35,524 nt of DNA from a virus (lineage: Duplodnaviria; Caudoviricetes), in the IMG/VR virus record IMGVR_UViG_3300031857_011941, positions 1-35,524 of that record. The stretch is one strand, 5' to 3'. Below are positions 1 to 9,162 of the stretch, one piece after another. The position numbers were made by a program, and so were the translations under genes. The notes beneath the pieces are model-generated. The model had not been told where the DNA came from. It searched no databases and saw only the letters and a program-made list of their open reading frames with translations. Position 1 is the stretch's first letter; each line of letters starts with the position of its first letter.

Positions 1-15
1 GTGTTCTTTAATCAT
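1..15 (-). CDS. N-terminal fragment of a gene running off the left edge
   Basis: Minus strand reads AAGGAG-atgaca-ATG ATT AAA GAA CAC, an SD followed by ATG, immediately after the stop of the 26..403 gene. Confidence 0.5.
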
Positions 16-25
16 TGTCATCTCC

Positions 26-403
26 TTAAGCCGCTTTGCGGAAATATTGATAGGGCAAGCCCAGTGTCCAAGCAAGGTAATCATTGTCACCATTGGTCTC
101 TTCGGCTTCGTGGATCCAACGCATAGCCATGGCCTGGTCCTTGGCACCTGTGCTGAGCAATTCAGCAACACGGCGTTCAAACATCTCAACAGCCTTGGTT
201 TCGGCCGCTTTGCGAGCTGTCTCTTCGCGGTCAATGGCTTGACCAAGGATCACAAACTCAGATGTAAAGTCATCAAGAGTCCAGGCAGAAGTATCAACAC
301 CACGGGGACGAACACCGTAGGCATCCTTGTACATGTCCCAAAATGTGCATTGGGCTTGCTCTAGTTCTGTCATGTCTTCCCAACTTGTAAATTCTGTAGT
401 CAT
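26..403 (-). CDS. hypothetical phage early protein (DMYKDAYGVRPR motif)
   Basis: ORF track 26..451; start moved to ATG 403 (MTTEF) because AAGGAG precedes it and a sigma70 promoter lies at 434-462. Confidence 0.75.
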   Translation of the reverse strand: MTTEFTSWEDMTELEQAQCTFWDMYKDAYGVRPRGVDTSAWTLDDFTSEFVILGQAIDREETARKAAETKAVEMFERRVAELLSTGAKDQAMAMRWIHEAEETNGDNDYLAWTLGLPYQYFRKAA

Positions 404-433
404 TTGTGGCTCCTTATTTCTTACTATGTTCAT

Positions 434-462
434 ATTATAGCAAATGGGCAATTATTGGTCAA
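434..462 (-). promoter_or_regulatory. sigma70-type early promoter
   Basis: TTGACC-17 nt-TATAAT on the minus strand. Confidence 0.85.
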
Positions 463-803
463 CCAATTTGCTTAACACGCACGTCAGTGTTCAATGCAGG
501 CATGTACTGACGGATCAGTTCACGCTCAATATCGTGTGCGGCTTGCTTGCCACGCACAATGTCAATGATGGCATAGTTAACAGCCTCTTCACCTGCGGCA
601 CGAATTGCTTCGTACAGGTTCCAACTCTTGTCTTCTGTGCGGCTACGATAAATGTGCTTGTTGATTCGGCTACGCAAACTCATGTTGATTGTACGCTGAG
701 TCTTGGCAGTGATGCCCACATAGTACTCCAATCCAATTTGGATGAAGTAAACAATGTGTGTACGATCGACACGTTTTTTGCGGGGTTGCTTTTTTAAGTT
801 CAT
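459..803 (-). CDS. small GIY-YIG-like nuclease domain protein
   Basis: HIVYFIQ...YYVGITAK followed by LRSRINKH and a later IERELI glutamate, matching the GIY-YIG/Arg/Glu layout. Confidence 0.65.
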   Translation of the reverse strand: MNLKKQPRKKRVDRTHIVYFIQIGLEYYVGITAKTQRTINMSLRSRINKHIYRSRTEDKSWNLYEAIRAAGEEAVNYAIIDIVRGKQAAHDIERELIRQYMPALNTDVRVKQIG

Positions 804-808
804 AGTGT

Positions 809-837
809 ATTATAGCAAATCGAGCATTTCTGGTCAA
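809..837 (-). promoter_or_regulatory. sigma70-type early promoter
   Basis: TTGACC-17 nt-TATAAT, followed 5 nt later by the ATG at 803. Confidence 0.85.
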
Positions 838-846
838 CCGAAATAG

Positions 847-956
847 TGTGGCAAAAAAACCACAAAAACAAGGTAATACTCAAGTATTACCTGGATAATC
901 CAATAATATTATCGGGGATTATCGATAATATTATAGTGGATTATAGTCAATTATAG
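847..956. repeat. AT-rich palindrome and short-repeat array
   Basis: TGTGG-N8-CCACA; AGGTAATACT-ca-AGTATTACCT (871-892); ATAATATTATCG-N8-CGATAATATTAT (903-934); TTATAG at 931, 941 and 951. Confidence 0.75.
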
Positions 957-957
957 A

Positions 958-1128
958 CTATTTTCTCTTGATAACCTTGATAATTTCAGCTTCAAAATGC
1001 TCTGAATATCTACGTTCATCTCCGCTATTTTCAGAGTTGGGATATTCTAAGCATTCACGGAGTTTATCGGCAAGTTCCAAGATCTCTTTAACTTTGGGAT
1101 TAACGATAAAAGTATAGAGTTTAGACAT
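958..1128 (-). CDS. small hypothetical protein, 56 aa (MSKLYTFIVNPKVKEILELADKLRECLEYPNSENSGDERRYSEHFEAEIIKVIKRK); not in the ORF track
   Basis: Translated by hand; preceded by AAGGAAAG and a sigma70 promoter. Confidence 0.7.
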   Translation of the reverse strand: MSKLYTFIVNPKVKEILELADKLRECLEYPNSENSGDERRYSEHFEAEIIKVIKRK

Positions 1129-1164
1129 ATTGCTTTCCTTTCTCTTATTAATTACTGTATAAAC

Positions 1165-1193
1165 AGTTTAACAGATTGGGATTATTTGGTCAA
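1165..1193 (-). promoter_or_regulatory. sigma70-type early promoter
   Basis: TTGACC-17 nt-TAAACT upstream of the 56-aa ORF. Confidence 0.7.
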
Positions 1194-1218
1194 CTGTTTT
1201 GTGTTTATAAGTATTTCC

Positions 1219-2280
1219 ATGAACTTTGATCCCTTTACACAAGAGCCCATTCATCGCAAAGGAATTTGGAACAGTGGGTGCCTGTCACAAGAGCATGCTA
1301 CACTAGATTATTTTGAAACCACACTAACTAATCTTGGGTGGCAAAGAGATGATCAGCAACGACGCAATTGGCATCGTGAAGATAAAAAAGTTGTGTTGTG
1401 TCTAGTCGACGACATACGTGATTGCGCCAGCGATTACCATATAGACGTTCCTTACATGTTTGATCGCAACACCACAGTGATCACTGACAACTATGTCGGG
1501 TGCCCTACACAATATCAAGTTTGGCAATTGCCGCCTAGTTTCTACGGAATCTACAGTCACAATGAGCCCATGCCAGAATGGCAACCTGATCGACAGTTTT
1601 GTTTTAGCGTTAATCGTATTGATACACGACGACTCAAGCTCATGTTAGAATTGGCCAAGCGCATACATTTACACAAAGGGTATGTAAACTTTAACTGCCA
1701 AGATCAATTTGACGGCAATACATTTGGTGGTACTGACCGCTTGCCTGCAGTGTTTGAAAAGTACTGGAACAACGAACTGTCAGATGACGACAAAGCGGCC
1801 TGGCAAGCCAGCTACAAACTACTGGCACCACAAATGCCATTAAAAAACTATGACCACTCGCACCATGAAATATACACTCGTAGTTGGTTAAACGTTGAAT
1901 GCGAAACTTACAGTAGCGATAACACGGTGGCACTTAGTGAAAAAATCTTTAGACTGCTCACATTACCTGTACCGTGGACCGCATACATGGGACGATATGC
2001 TGTGGCCTACTTAGAAAGTCTTGGATTTGATTGCATGAGCGACATGATTGATCACAATCACTATGATAGACTCAAAGTTGTAGAAAACAGAATAGGCATT
2101 TTTGTATGGAAAAGTATCACTGATACATCAAAAGTGCTTATGAATGGAAGCCAAGATCAAATACGTGCCCGATGTTTGAAAGCAGCCACATACAATCGAG
2201 AACTACTCAAGCTCTACAAAAACAACTGGGACGCAGAATTTGAGCAATGGAAGCAGGCCTATTTGCCTCACCTGGCATAG
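1219..2280 (+). CDS. putative glycosyltransferase-like protein (GT-B/GT10-like C-terminal motif)
   Basis: WLNVECETY...LSEKIFRLL..PVPW...LESLGFD...DHNHYD resembles the fucosyltransferase-type E-N/T...(T/S)EK motif; start moved to ATG 1219. Confidence 0.5.
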   Translation: MNFDPFTQEPIHRKGIWNSGCLSQEHATLDYFETTLTNLGWQRDDQQRRNWHREDKKVVLCLVDDIRDCASDYHIDVPYMFDRNTTVITDNYVGCPTQYQVWQLPPSFYGIYSHNEPMPEWQPDRQFCFSVNRIDTRRLKLMLELAKRIHLHKGYVNFNCQDQFDGNTFGGTDRLPAVFEKYWNNELSDDDKAAWQASYKLLAPQMPLKNYDHSHHEIYTRSWLNVECETYSSDNTVALSEKIFRLLTLPVPWTAYMGRYAVAYLESLGFDCMSDMIDHNHYDRLKVVENRIGIFVWKSITDTSKVLMNGSQDQIRARCLKAATYNRELLKLYKNNWDAEFEQWKQAYLPHLA

Positions 2281-2909
2281 ATGTCCCAATTAATATGGCT
2301 TCTAGCCCAGTCAATTGAAAACTCAAACGTATCTTGTTGTGTGTCAAGATAGCGTTGCATCATAGCAACACGTTGATCAACATCATGCAAATGATGCGCA
2401 GTGGTATGGTCACCAATTTCTAACCATTCAATCCTGCCAGTATCGTTGACTCGTAGTGCAATATTAGCACCGCGTCCAAATCCCGTAGCCCGCATGAGGT
2501 CTCGATTGGTGTGTATTTGACGCCAGTCAGAATACTCTCCAACTTGGGCGATTGGCACAACGACAATCACACTTACTGTACCTGGATCAAGCAAAAGACT
2601 CAAGGCCATTAATCTAGTGTCACCGCAATCTACTACAAATTGATCTTGTTCTTGATGCACAAGGATGGGTTTGCGGATAGGCTCTGCACCCAATCGCTGA
2701 TACATCCAATTGACCCATAGCAATCTAGCAATCTCATCTTGGTATGCTGGATTCCAAGTTGTGATGTTTCTGCTGTGTACCAGCTGTTGATTAACTGTGC
2801 ATACGCTTTGCGGCAATGTGCAAACTGGTTGTAGATCTTCCACAGGCCATTGCGGATGATAAAACATAGCCCATTGGTTGCCTAGTGCTTGTTCAATTGT
2901 TAATTCCAT
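2268..2909 (-). CDS. hypothetical protein with a possible ParB/Srx-like domain
   Basis: IRKPILVHQEQDQFVVDCGDTRLMAL resembles the ParB PI.V...DG..R..A signature. Confidence 0.45.
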   Translation of the reverse strand: MELTIEQALGNQWAMFYHPQWPVEDLQPVCTLPQSVCTVNQQLVHSRNITTWNPAYQDEIARLLWVNWMYQRLGAEPIRKPILVHQEQDQFVVDCGDTRLMALSLLLDPGTVSVIVVVPIAQVGEYSDWRQIHTNRDLMRATGFGRGANIALRVNDTGRIEWLEIGDHTTAHHLHDVDQRVAMMQRYLDTQQDTFEFSIDWARSHINWDIYAR

Positions 2910-2912
2910 GGT

Positions 2913-2931
2913 GTATTTACGGGTTAAATAC
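2913..2931. promoter_or_regulatory. divergent pair of TAAATA late-type promoter elements
   Basis: GTATTTA-cgggt-TAAATAC inverted repeat between divergent ATGs at 2909 (-) and 2936 (+). Confidence 0.55.
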
Positions 2932-2935
2932 TTCT

Positions 2936-3922
2936 ATGAGAAATTACCTACAAATTTTTAACGACACACTAGGTCCAATGGGGTTTGACATTGTCGAGGG
3001 GTATGATGCTGCTAAACGTCCATATGGTGGCGACGACCACGGTTGGCCTTTGGAATTGCCTGAATGCGAGTTTACAGAAAAAACTCTAGTGGTCATACAT
3101 TTTCCTGATTTTGTTACCATAGACGATGACGGATTCTGTGTAGAGTTAGACAAGATTGAAAAATTTTATGGCAAAAACGCACACAGAGTTCTAATCACTC
3201 ATTGGACTCACGACTTAGAAAAATTTCACAACGGGTCTCTCAATTTTATTAAGTTTAGCAATCACAATGTAGAAACCAGTGTACAATTACGCGAGAGATT
3301 TGATGAGTGGAAGCACATACTTGACCAACCCAGACCATATGCCTGGCAGTGCCTTAATGGTAGAATCTGTGCCCACCGACAAATTACTGTGGACATTTTA
3401 AAAGACTTTGAAAATGGCTGGGTGAGTTTAGGTATGGATATTCCACTACCTCAACATCAATATCCATATGATTGTTACCCTGGCACCGAAAACGATGATA
3501 ATTTTATAATGTTGAATTACGTTTATGGGTCAACTGCTGTCAACATTGTGACAGAAACACAATTTTATCAACCCACAGGAATTGTCACAGAAAAAACATT
3601 CCATGCATTGATGGCCGAACAGATACCTATCATAATCGGATACAAAGGAATTGTTGAACACTGCCGACAAATGGGATTTGACATGTTTGATGATCTAGTA
3701 GATCACAGCTACGATACAATACCGGGTCCAGGTAGAATACATGCGGCTATAGAGTTGAATCGAGATCTCATTCAAGGAAAAATAGATCTTGCACCCTACA
3801 AACAACGTTTACAAAGAAATCGTGAATATGTGTTGTGGGGATTAATAGATAAAATGCAAGCAGACTTTGTTGCTGACGCTCGAAAATTAGCTGATAAGTT
3901 ATTGCCTAGATATACCCCGTAG
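2936..3922 (+). CDS. putative glycosyltransferase-like protein, same family as 1219..2280
   Basis: VNIVTETQF...VTEKTFHAL...PIIIG...MGFDMFDDLVDHSYD; start moved to ATG 2936. Confidence 0.5.
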   Translation: MRNYLQIFNDTLGPMGFDIVEGYDAAKRPYGGDDHGWPLELPECEFTEKTLVVIHFPDFVTIDDDGFCVELDKIEKFYGKNAHRVLITHWTHDLEKFHNGSLNFIKFSNHNVETSVQLRERFDEWKHILDQPRPYAWQCLNGRICAHRQITVDILKDFENGWVSLGMDIPLPQHQYPYDCYPGTENDDNFIMLNYVYGSTAVNIVTETQFYQPTGIVTEKTFHALMAEQIPIIIGYKGIVEHCRQMGFDMFDDLVDHSYDTIPGPGRIHAAIELNRDLIQGKIDLAPYKQRLQRNREYVLWGLIDKMQADFVADARKLADKLLPRYTP

Positions 3923-4264
3923 AAACTTTTCAAGGTCACCGTACAAGGAATACATCATGGCTTCCTTGCTGCCAAACAGCAACAACTTGGGCTTCTTGCC
4001 AAGAAAGATATAGTACGGACAAGTGAGTTTACGATCAAGTGTTAGTAATTGTCCAGGCTTTGCTGGCATACTTGCAGGGACATCAAACTCGTAGTGTGCA
4101 ATTTCCAACCGACTAAACACAAAAAAGCCTTCGGCAGTTAACCGAAGGCCAGCATGTTCGTCGGGATTCTTCCACCACTCTTGCATTGCTTGATCTAATG
4201 TGGGCTTGATATCCCACTTGAGTTGATCTAATATCTGTTGAGTTAGAGAGATCTTATTGAGCAT
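3899..4264 (-). CDS. hypothetical phage protein
   Basis: 121-aa ORF coupled to the upstream gene by an overlap. Confidence 0.7.
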   Translation of the reverse strand: MLNKISLTQQILDQLKWDIKPTLDQAMQEWWKNPDEHAGLRLTAEGFFVFSRLEIAHYEFDVPASMPAKPGQLLTLDRKLTCPYYIFLGKKPKLLLFGSKEAMMYSLYGDLEKFLRGISRQ

Positions 4265-4550
4265 TGGGGAACACTTGCGCCCCTTGTGTCAACAGCACCA
4301 CACTGAACTTGTCTGTTTTAAACTGTGCGTTGAGTTTACGGGCCAAATTGATTGCATGGCCAGGATTTGAAAAACTAACCTTTTTGTACTTGGGCCCAGG
4401 ATACTGCGTCAGCATGTTGCTGGTCTTTAGGTTGATAGGTTTCGAGTCGTAGAACACAGCCCACACCCCTTCCGACGCCAGCACTTGCTCGGTCTTGTAA
4501 GTTTGTTTGTTTGTGTGCTCTATTAACACACTGGGTTTAGGTCTGCTCAT
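4254..4550 (-). CDS. hypothetical phage protein (YPGPKYKKVSFSNPGHA)
   Basis: 98-aa ORF with AGGAG SD and ATAAATA at 4568-4574. Confidence 0.75.
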   Translation of the reverse strand: MSRPKPSVLIEHTNKQTYKTEQVLASEGVWAVFYDSKPINLKTSNMLTQYPGPKYKKVSFSNPGHAINLARKLNAQFKTDKFSVVLLTQGAQVFPNAQ

Positions 4551-4590
4551 TGATAAACTCCTAGCATTATTTATGCTAAAACTGGGTACT

Positions 4591-4794
4591 TTAAAAAGTA
4601 CCTCCGGTCAATTCAACCTTTACAACCTCATCAACTTTGCTCTGATCTTCACGTAGTTTCTCAAGTGTTAGCAACAACTTGGTGATATCTGCGTGTAGAT
4701 CCTTGGCATCTTTGAGTGGTAATGTAACATCTCTGCCACCGCGGCTTTCTTGTGCCTTGATCAAATCAATAAACCGATTTATATGTAAACTCAT
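4591..4794 (-). CDS. hypothetical phage protein
   Basis: 67-aa ORF overlapping the end of the upstream gene by 4 nt. Confidence 0.65.
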   Translation of the reverse strand: MSLHINRFIDLIKAQESRGGRDVTLPLKDAKDLHADITKLLLTLEKLREDQSKVDEVVKVELTGGTF

Positions 4795-5147
4795 TTGTTT
4801 TCCTGTTCAAGTTCGGCCATTTTGGCATGGTACCGATCCCAATAGCTGTGATACACAGCATGATTCTCTTGGCTGATAGTGTTCATCCACTTCAGATGAA
4901 CTTCCTGATTGCGCCATTTGATCTGCACATTGTACTGATCAGTTCTGTCATGAAAGCAATCACCGGCGGCAATGGCAGCGTGTACTGCTTCCTCGTGTAT
5001 GCGATCCTGCTCCAGCCATTCGGCATTTTCTTCAGGAGTAAGGTATTTTTCTCCCCACTCATTGATGGTAATAGTGCCGTGCTTGACTGTGATTACTTTG
5101 TCGTAATCAGGATCTTCACCGAATGTGGTATCAACTTTTGTGGTCAT
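4791..5147 (-). CDS. hypothetical protein
   Basis: 118-aa ORF with a 4-nt ATGA overlap. Confidence 0.65.
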   Translation of the reverse strand: MTTKVDTTFGEDPDYDKVITVKHGTITINEWGEKYLTPEENAEWLEQDRIHEEAVHAAIAAGDCFHDRTDQYNVQIKWRNQEVHLKWMNTISQENHAVYHSYWDRYHAKMAELEQENK

Positions 5148-5512
5148 TTTTTTAAGAAAGGTTTTAGATCAGGAGGTGTCCATCCCACTGGCTTGAGTAC
5201 TTTACCATCTTCACGCTTGCGAACCTTGCCAGTTTCTCGATCGATCTTGGCAAAGTTAGTGCTCATAACTTCCTTCCAGCCGCCTTCGCTGTTGGCACCA
5301 AAACTGTGTAGTGCACCAATAGTAACCACAAGGATGTCTAGTAATGCGTCAACGATTTCTTCATCGTCGTTGTCGGCAAGAGCAACCTTTAGTTCTTTGT
5401 GTTCTTCTTCAATAAGAGCACAATACATTTCAAACTGTGTGCCATTAAACTCGTCAACTGACTGGTCGCAGGCTCGCATGAATTTTTCCTGATCACGAAA
5501 CGGATTTGTCAT
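5144..5512 (-). CDS. MazG-like / PRA-PH family nucleoside triphosphate pyrophosphohydrolase
   Basis: LIEEEHKEL...EIVDALLDILVV...EVMSTNFAK...REDGKVLKP; start moved to ATG 5512. Confidence 0.8.
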   Translation of the reverse strand: MTNPFRDQEKFMRACDQSVDEFNGTQFEMYCALIEEEHKELKVALADNDDEEIVDALLDILVVTIGALHSFGANSEGGWKEVMSTNFAKIDRETGKVRKREDGKVLKPVGWTPPDLKPFLKK

Positions 5513-5942
5513 TGGCTTCTTCTTTAGAGTGGTAAGGTCCTTGATACTTGTAGCGTTCGAGCACAATTAGTTTGGGGTTTTGTACCGGCTTCCAGTTGCG
5601 ATGTTGTTTGATCATGTACCATCCAGCGGCGTACCATGATTTACTTTTGGTATCTTTGGTAAACAGCGGCAATTTATGTTTCACATCCCAGATAGGATTG
5701 TGTGCTCTGCACCCAGTAGGATATCCATGAACCACATCTGTGGCTGGTTTGGTTGCTTTTTCGGCTGGCTCAAATTCCACATTCTCACGTTTGCGCAACA
5801 TGGGAATGGTTTTGTACAGTCCTGTTTTGTTCTCAATAGTTATTTGATAACCATCGTTAACTGCTTGAATATTACCAACTTTTTGGTCGTCTTTTTTCAA
5901 GATCCAATACTCGTTGTCAATTACTGGTTTGGCGTGTATCAT
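5493..5942 (-). CDS. hypothetical phage protein
   Basis: 149-aa ORF with AAGGAG SD, inside the operon. Confidence 0.7.
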   Translation of the reverse strand: MIHAKPVIDNEYWILKKDDQKVGNIQAVNDGYQITIENKTGLYKTIPMLRKRENVEFEPAEKATKPATDVVHGYPTGCRAHNPIWDVKHKLPLFTKDTKSKSWYAAGWYMIKQHRNWKPVQNPKLIVLERYKYQGPYHSKEEANDKSVS

Positions 5943-6936
5943 TTAATACTCCTTTGTATGTTTCGTTTAACCAACGTCCGAATGACTCTGCTGAATCACT
6001 ACACTTGGTCAACTCATATTTGCCACAGAATTTGAGAAAGTGACTGCCCACTTGTCCCACATCCTTGTGACTGATCTGTTCCCGGATCACAGCATCCACT
6101 GTGTCTTTAATCGCATCCGGTTGTGCGTTGAGATCGATCAATGTACAATTACGTTCATAATCGTCTAATACTCTGTGCTCTAGTCCATTGTGGTCTGACC
6201 AACGCTGAAGCATCATGTTGTTCCAAGAATATCCTCGCTTGTCTCTGTCGGCAAAGGCCTCACGGAGACCAACTTTATTCTTTGTCCCTTTTTCACGTAC
6301 TCCCGGATAAGCAGAGAATACGTTGTCTGACGTGTCACCACGCATGCACTTCTCAAATAGTAGCCAGGCCGGATCCGGGATGGTTTTTGGTTGTTTAGTT
6401 TTTTTATCTGTAACAGGCTTACCCTTGGCATCAAATATGCCCTCCAGTGTGATCAGTTCATCTGTAATGCCGTTGTATTGTGTGACGTTAGTTGCGACTA
6501 ATTGAACAAAGTCTGTGTCTGAACTAACTACTACGTGATCGTCTTGGGGGTGTAATGATATCCAACGTGCAATGATGTCATCTGCTTCGGCTGTTGCGCA
6601 ACGGATCACACTGCAATTGGTTCGGTCTGACAAGTATTTAGTCAGATTGTCATAGGTCTCCCAGAACATTTTGTCCTCTTCTGCTTCGTCCTCAGTCATT
6701 TTACCACGTGCCACAGCACGGTTTTTCTTGTAGGGCTCGTAGTAGTCTTTGCGCCACGATCGACCCTCCAGTGCAAAAACCACGTGATCTGCCTGAAAAC
6801 GCTTGGCTACTTTATTGGCAGCCATCATTGTAACGTGTAGCGCAAAGCCTAGTTTAGTCCAAGTGTCACTGGCTCTGTGGGCACCGTGACGTGCTCGGAA
6901 AAACATGTTGGCTGTGTCAATAAGTAGGTATTTCAT
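5917..6936 (-). CDS. rnh: T4-type RNase H / 5'-3' exonuclease (FEN family)
   Basis: LLIDTANMFFRA, EADDIIA, SSDTDFVQL and RGDTSDNV acidic motifs. Confidence 0.9.
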   Translation of the reverse strand: MKYLLIDTANMFFRARHGAHRASDTWTKLGFALHVTMMAANKVAKRFQADHVVFALEGRSWRKDYYEPYKKNRAVARGKMTEDEAEEDKMFWETYDNLTKYLSDRTNCSVIRCATAEADDIIARWISLHPQDDHVVVSSDTDFVQLVATNVTQYNGITDELITLEGIFDAKGKPVTDKKTKQPKTIPDPAWLLFEKCMRGDTSDNVFSAYPGVREKGTKNKVGLREAFADRDKRGYSWNNMMLQRWSDHNGLEHRVLDDYERNCTLIDLNAQPDAIKDTVDAVIREQISHKDVGQVGSHFLKFCGKYELTKCSDSAESFGRWLNETYKGVLNDTRQTSN

Positions 6937-7645
6937 TTGGACTCAATAGTTGGTTGCGTTTAATGTATTGTAACACATATTCCGCCCAATAGCAATGGGC
7001 ATCTGGCCCAAAATGCCAACTATTGGGGTTAACCGTTTTGAATCCATTGCTTCTCAGCACCGAATTGTAAGTCATATCGTCGGCATATGGATGCATGTAG
7101 CTAGACCCCCACGCTTTTTGGTCTGTGATGCCATCAAAATGACTGTTGCCATTGAACATAACGTGCCGAATTTCCTGTGCTTCCAGTTCTTGATGAAATT
7201 CCCAAATTTCTTTATGGGCACGTTGCCTGCATTCTTCCCAATCTATATCAATGACAAATTGTTTGTAGCGTTGTTGTAGTGCTTCTGGAACATCGTCAAT
7301 CCCCGATGCATTCACTTGAAAGTCGTGATCTTCATGCCACCACTCTTCTCGTTCCCAGGTGGTCCATTGGATAACCATAAAGCAATTGTTGACTGCATCT
7401 GGGTTGGCCTTGATCCATTCTCTTGTGGTACGCATGATGCGTGTGTTCGAACATCCAGACTGTGCATCTAGGTATAGGATAGCACGTAGCCAGTTAGCAA
7501 GCTCGCATCCAAAACTTGCACGTTCATTGTCAGGATGTGGCATACGGCCTAGGCCATAGAACAACCCATCATCCTGTGCCCAGCTGTGAGGATTTACTGC
7601 CTCGGCTGCGGCAGCATGACTATCACCGTTTACATACAGAATCAT
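6917..7645 (-). CDS. SGNH/GDSL hydrolase-like protein
   Basis: N-terminal YVNGDSH, SGCSN block and C-terminal WHFGPDAH. Confidence 0.6.
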   Translation of the reverse strand: MILYVNGDSHAAAAEAVNPHSWAQDDGLFYGLGRMPHPDNERASFGCELANWLRAILYLDAQSGCSNTRIMRTTREWIKANPDAVNNCFMVIQWTTWEREEWWHEDHDFQVNASGIDDVPEALQQRYKQFVIDIDWEECRQRAHKEIWEFHQELEAQEIRHVMFNGNSHFDGITDQKAWGSSYMHPYADDMTYNSVLRSNGFKTVNPNSWHFGPDAHCYWAEYVLQYIKRNQLLSPNEIPTY

Positions 7646-8291
7646 AGACTTGACGTTGTTTCATGTAATCAACCAAGGTCTGTGCCCATGCCGCATGCGC
7701 ATCTTCATTGTAGTGTTGCCAGCCGGGTGTAATTTCTTCAAACTCGTGTTCCACACAGTAGTTGATGTAGCAAAGATTTTGCTGGTAAGGATGGAAAAAG
7801 CAATCGTTCCAATCCAGTTGTTCAGCTGAGTTGGCAACTTGGAACGCATTAAACGCATTAAAGAACAAGTGCGGAATGCCACGCTCTTTGAGAATCAAGT
7901 GCAAGTTGTAAATCTTATTGTGCCAATAGTAGCCCATCACACGATGCCACTCGCCTTCTTTCTGAATGTGATTCTTCCAGAACTGATAGCGACGGCGAAA
8001 CTCTTCAGGGATACGTTGTCCCACATCCAACTGATTGATTTCGTGAAATGCACCTTCAAAGTACCACTGCTCACGACCATGTTCGGTCCAGCCAATCACT
8101 ACCAGATCTGGCTGATTATCTTTGAGGTACTCAAGTGTTGAATTGTAGATCAAGTCATTGCTGGCACCACTTACAGACAAGTTTGTGCCTGTGCCGCCTA
8201 AGTGCCTTGATAGTTCACCAATCATACTACGGCTGCGGTCTTGCAACTCCTCACCATTCATGTTGGAGTCACCGTTAAACAGTATGTTCAT
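7623..8291 (-). CDS. SGNH/GDSL hydrolase-like protein
   Basis: LFNGDSN, SGASN, DLVVIGWT and QHYNEDAHAAWA. Confidence 0.6.
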   Translation of the reverse strand: MNILFNGDSNMNGEELQDRSRSMIGELSRHLGGTGTNLSVSGASNDLIYNSTLEYLKDNQPDLVVIGWTEHGREQWYFEGAFHEINQLDVGQRIPEEFRRRYQFWKNHIQKEGEWHRVMGYYWHNKIYNLHLILKERGIPHLFFNAFNAFQVANSAEQLDWNDCFFHPYQQNLCYINYCVEHEFEEITPGWQHYNEDAHAAWAQTLVDYMKQRQVYDSVCKR

Positions 8292-8761
8292 TTTTTAATA
8301 CTTTTAATTGTTTCTGCTTCAGCAACTCGCTTGCGCAAACTGCTGGAACTAAACGAATGATCACGCTTGTTAAATATTACCTGTACACCACGACCAGCAC
8401 CTTCGTTGCGTCCAGTAAAGTTTTGGTCCTCATATTCTGTGCCCAGAATTCGAACATCCAGTGGTAAAATAAGCAACAGGTCAATCAAGTCTTGTTCAGT
8501 TTGATATACAACAACTTCATCCACATAACGGCAAGCACTAAGTTGAATTTGTCGTTCTACTATGCTTTGAATAGGATGATTTTTAGTATCGGGTCTGTCA
8601 ATTGTGGGATCAGTTTGCAATCCGCAAATTAGATAATCACAATGATTCTTTGCCTCTGATAACATAGCAACATGGCCGGCATGCAACATGTCAAAGGTTG
8701 AAAATGTAATGCCAATCTTTTTACCTTGTGCTTTTAGTTCTTTGATGTGATTAAAAATCAT
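8288..8761 (-). CDS. cytidylyltransferase (TagD/RfaE-like HIGH nucleotidyltransferase)
   Basis: TFDMLHAGHV (HxGH), RYVDEVVVY and RDHSFSSSSLR. Confidence 0.85.
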   Translation of the reverse strand: MIFNHIKELKAQGKKIGITFSTFDMLHAGHVAMLSEAKNHCDYLICGLQTDPTIDRPDTKNHPIQSIVERQIQLSACRYVDEVVVYQTEQDLIDLLLILPLDVRILGTEYEDQNFTGRNEGAGRGVQVIFNKRDHSFSSSSLRKRVAEAETIKSIKK

Positions 8762-9162
8762 GATACTTCACTCCTGCCATTGCCAATATCTTTGCTTTGC
8801 ACCCAGATGCCCGAATTCTTGATTGCTTGTTCTTGTTCCCAAGTTTCCATAACAACATGTCTACAAACGTTCTGGAACCACTGGTCCACAATGTCTGCAT
8901 CTACTTTGCCTTGATAGCCTGCCTTGATCAATCTGGCAACAAAGATATCGTTCCAGTCTAGTTCAAATGCACCTTGATGTAGATTATTAAGATCCACGTC
9001 CATGCCCAACACAGCCACATAAGGCTCGCCGGCTTCGGTAGCCAACTGCTTGGCAGTCTTATCGGGCTCCTTCTTCTTAGGAGGTGCCGATTTTTGGGGA
9101 GGTATTATTTTATCAACCTCTTTGGCGGGTTTACTAAACCAACTTTTGATGTTTTTAATCAT
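8758..9162 (-). CDS. hypothetical phage protein (FELDWN motif)
   Basis: ORF track 8758..9195; ATG at 9162 is the more likely start. Confidence 0.65.
   Translation of the reverse strand: MIKNIKSWFSKPAKEVDKIIPPQKSAPPKKKEPDKTAKQLATEAGEPYVAVLGMDVDLNNLHQGAFELDWNDIFVARLIKAGYQGKVDADIVDQWFQNVCRHVVMETWEQEQAIKNSGIWVQSKDIGNGRSEVS

Noticed and set aside
4562-4602. Inverted repeats TAGCAT/ATGCTA and GGTACTTT/AAAGTACC as an intrinsic terminator
   Set aside because: The stems are weak and AT-rich, with no clean U-tract; the first surrounds an ATAAATA promoter-like element
4827-5492. Long plus-strand ORFs (also 23497..24027, 33020..33583, 13535..13957)
   Set aside because: They are antisense shadows of well-supported minus-strand genes and have no recognisable motifs
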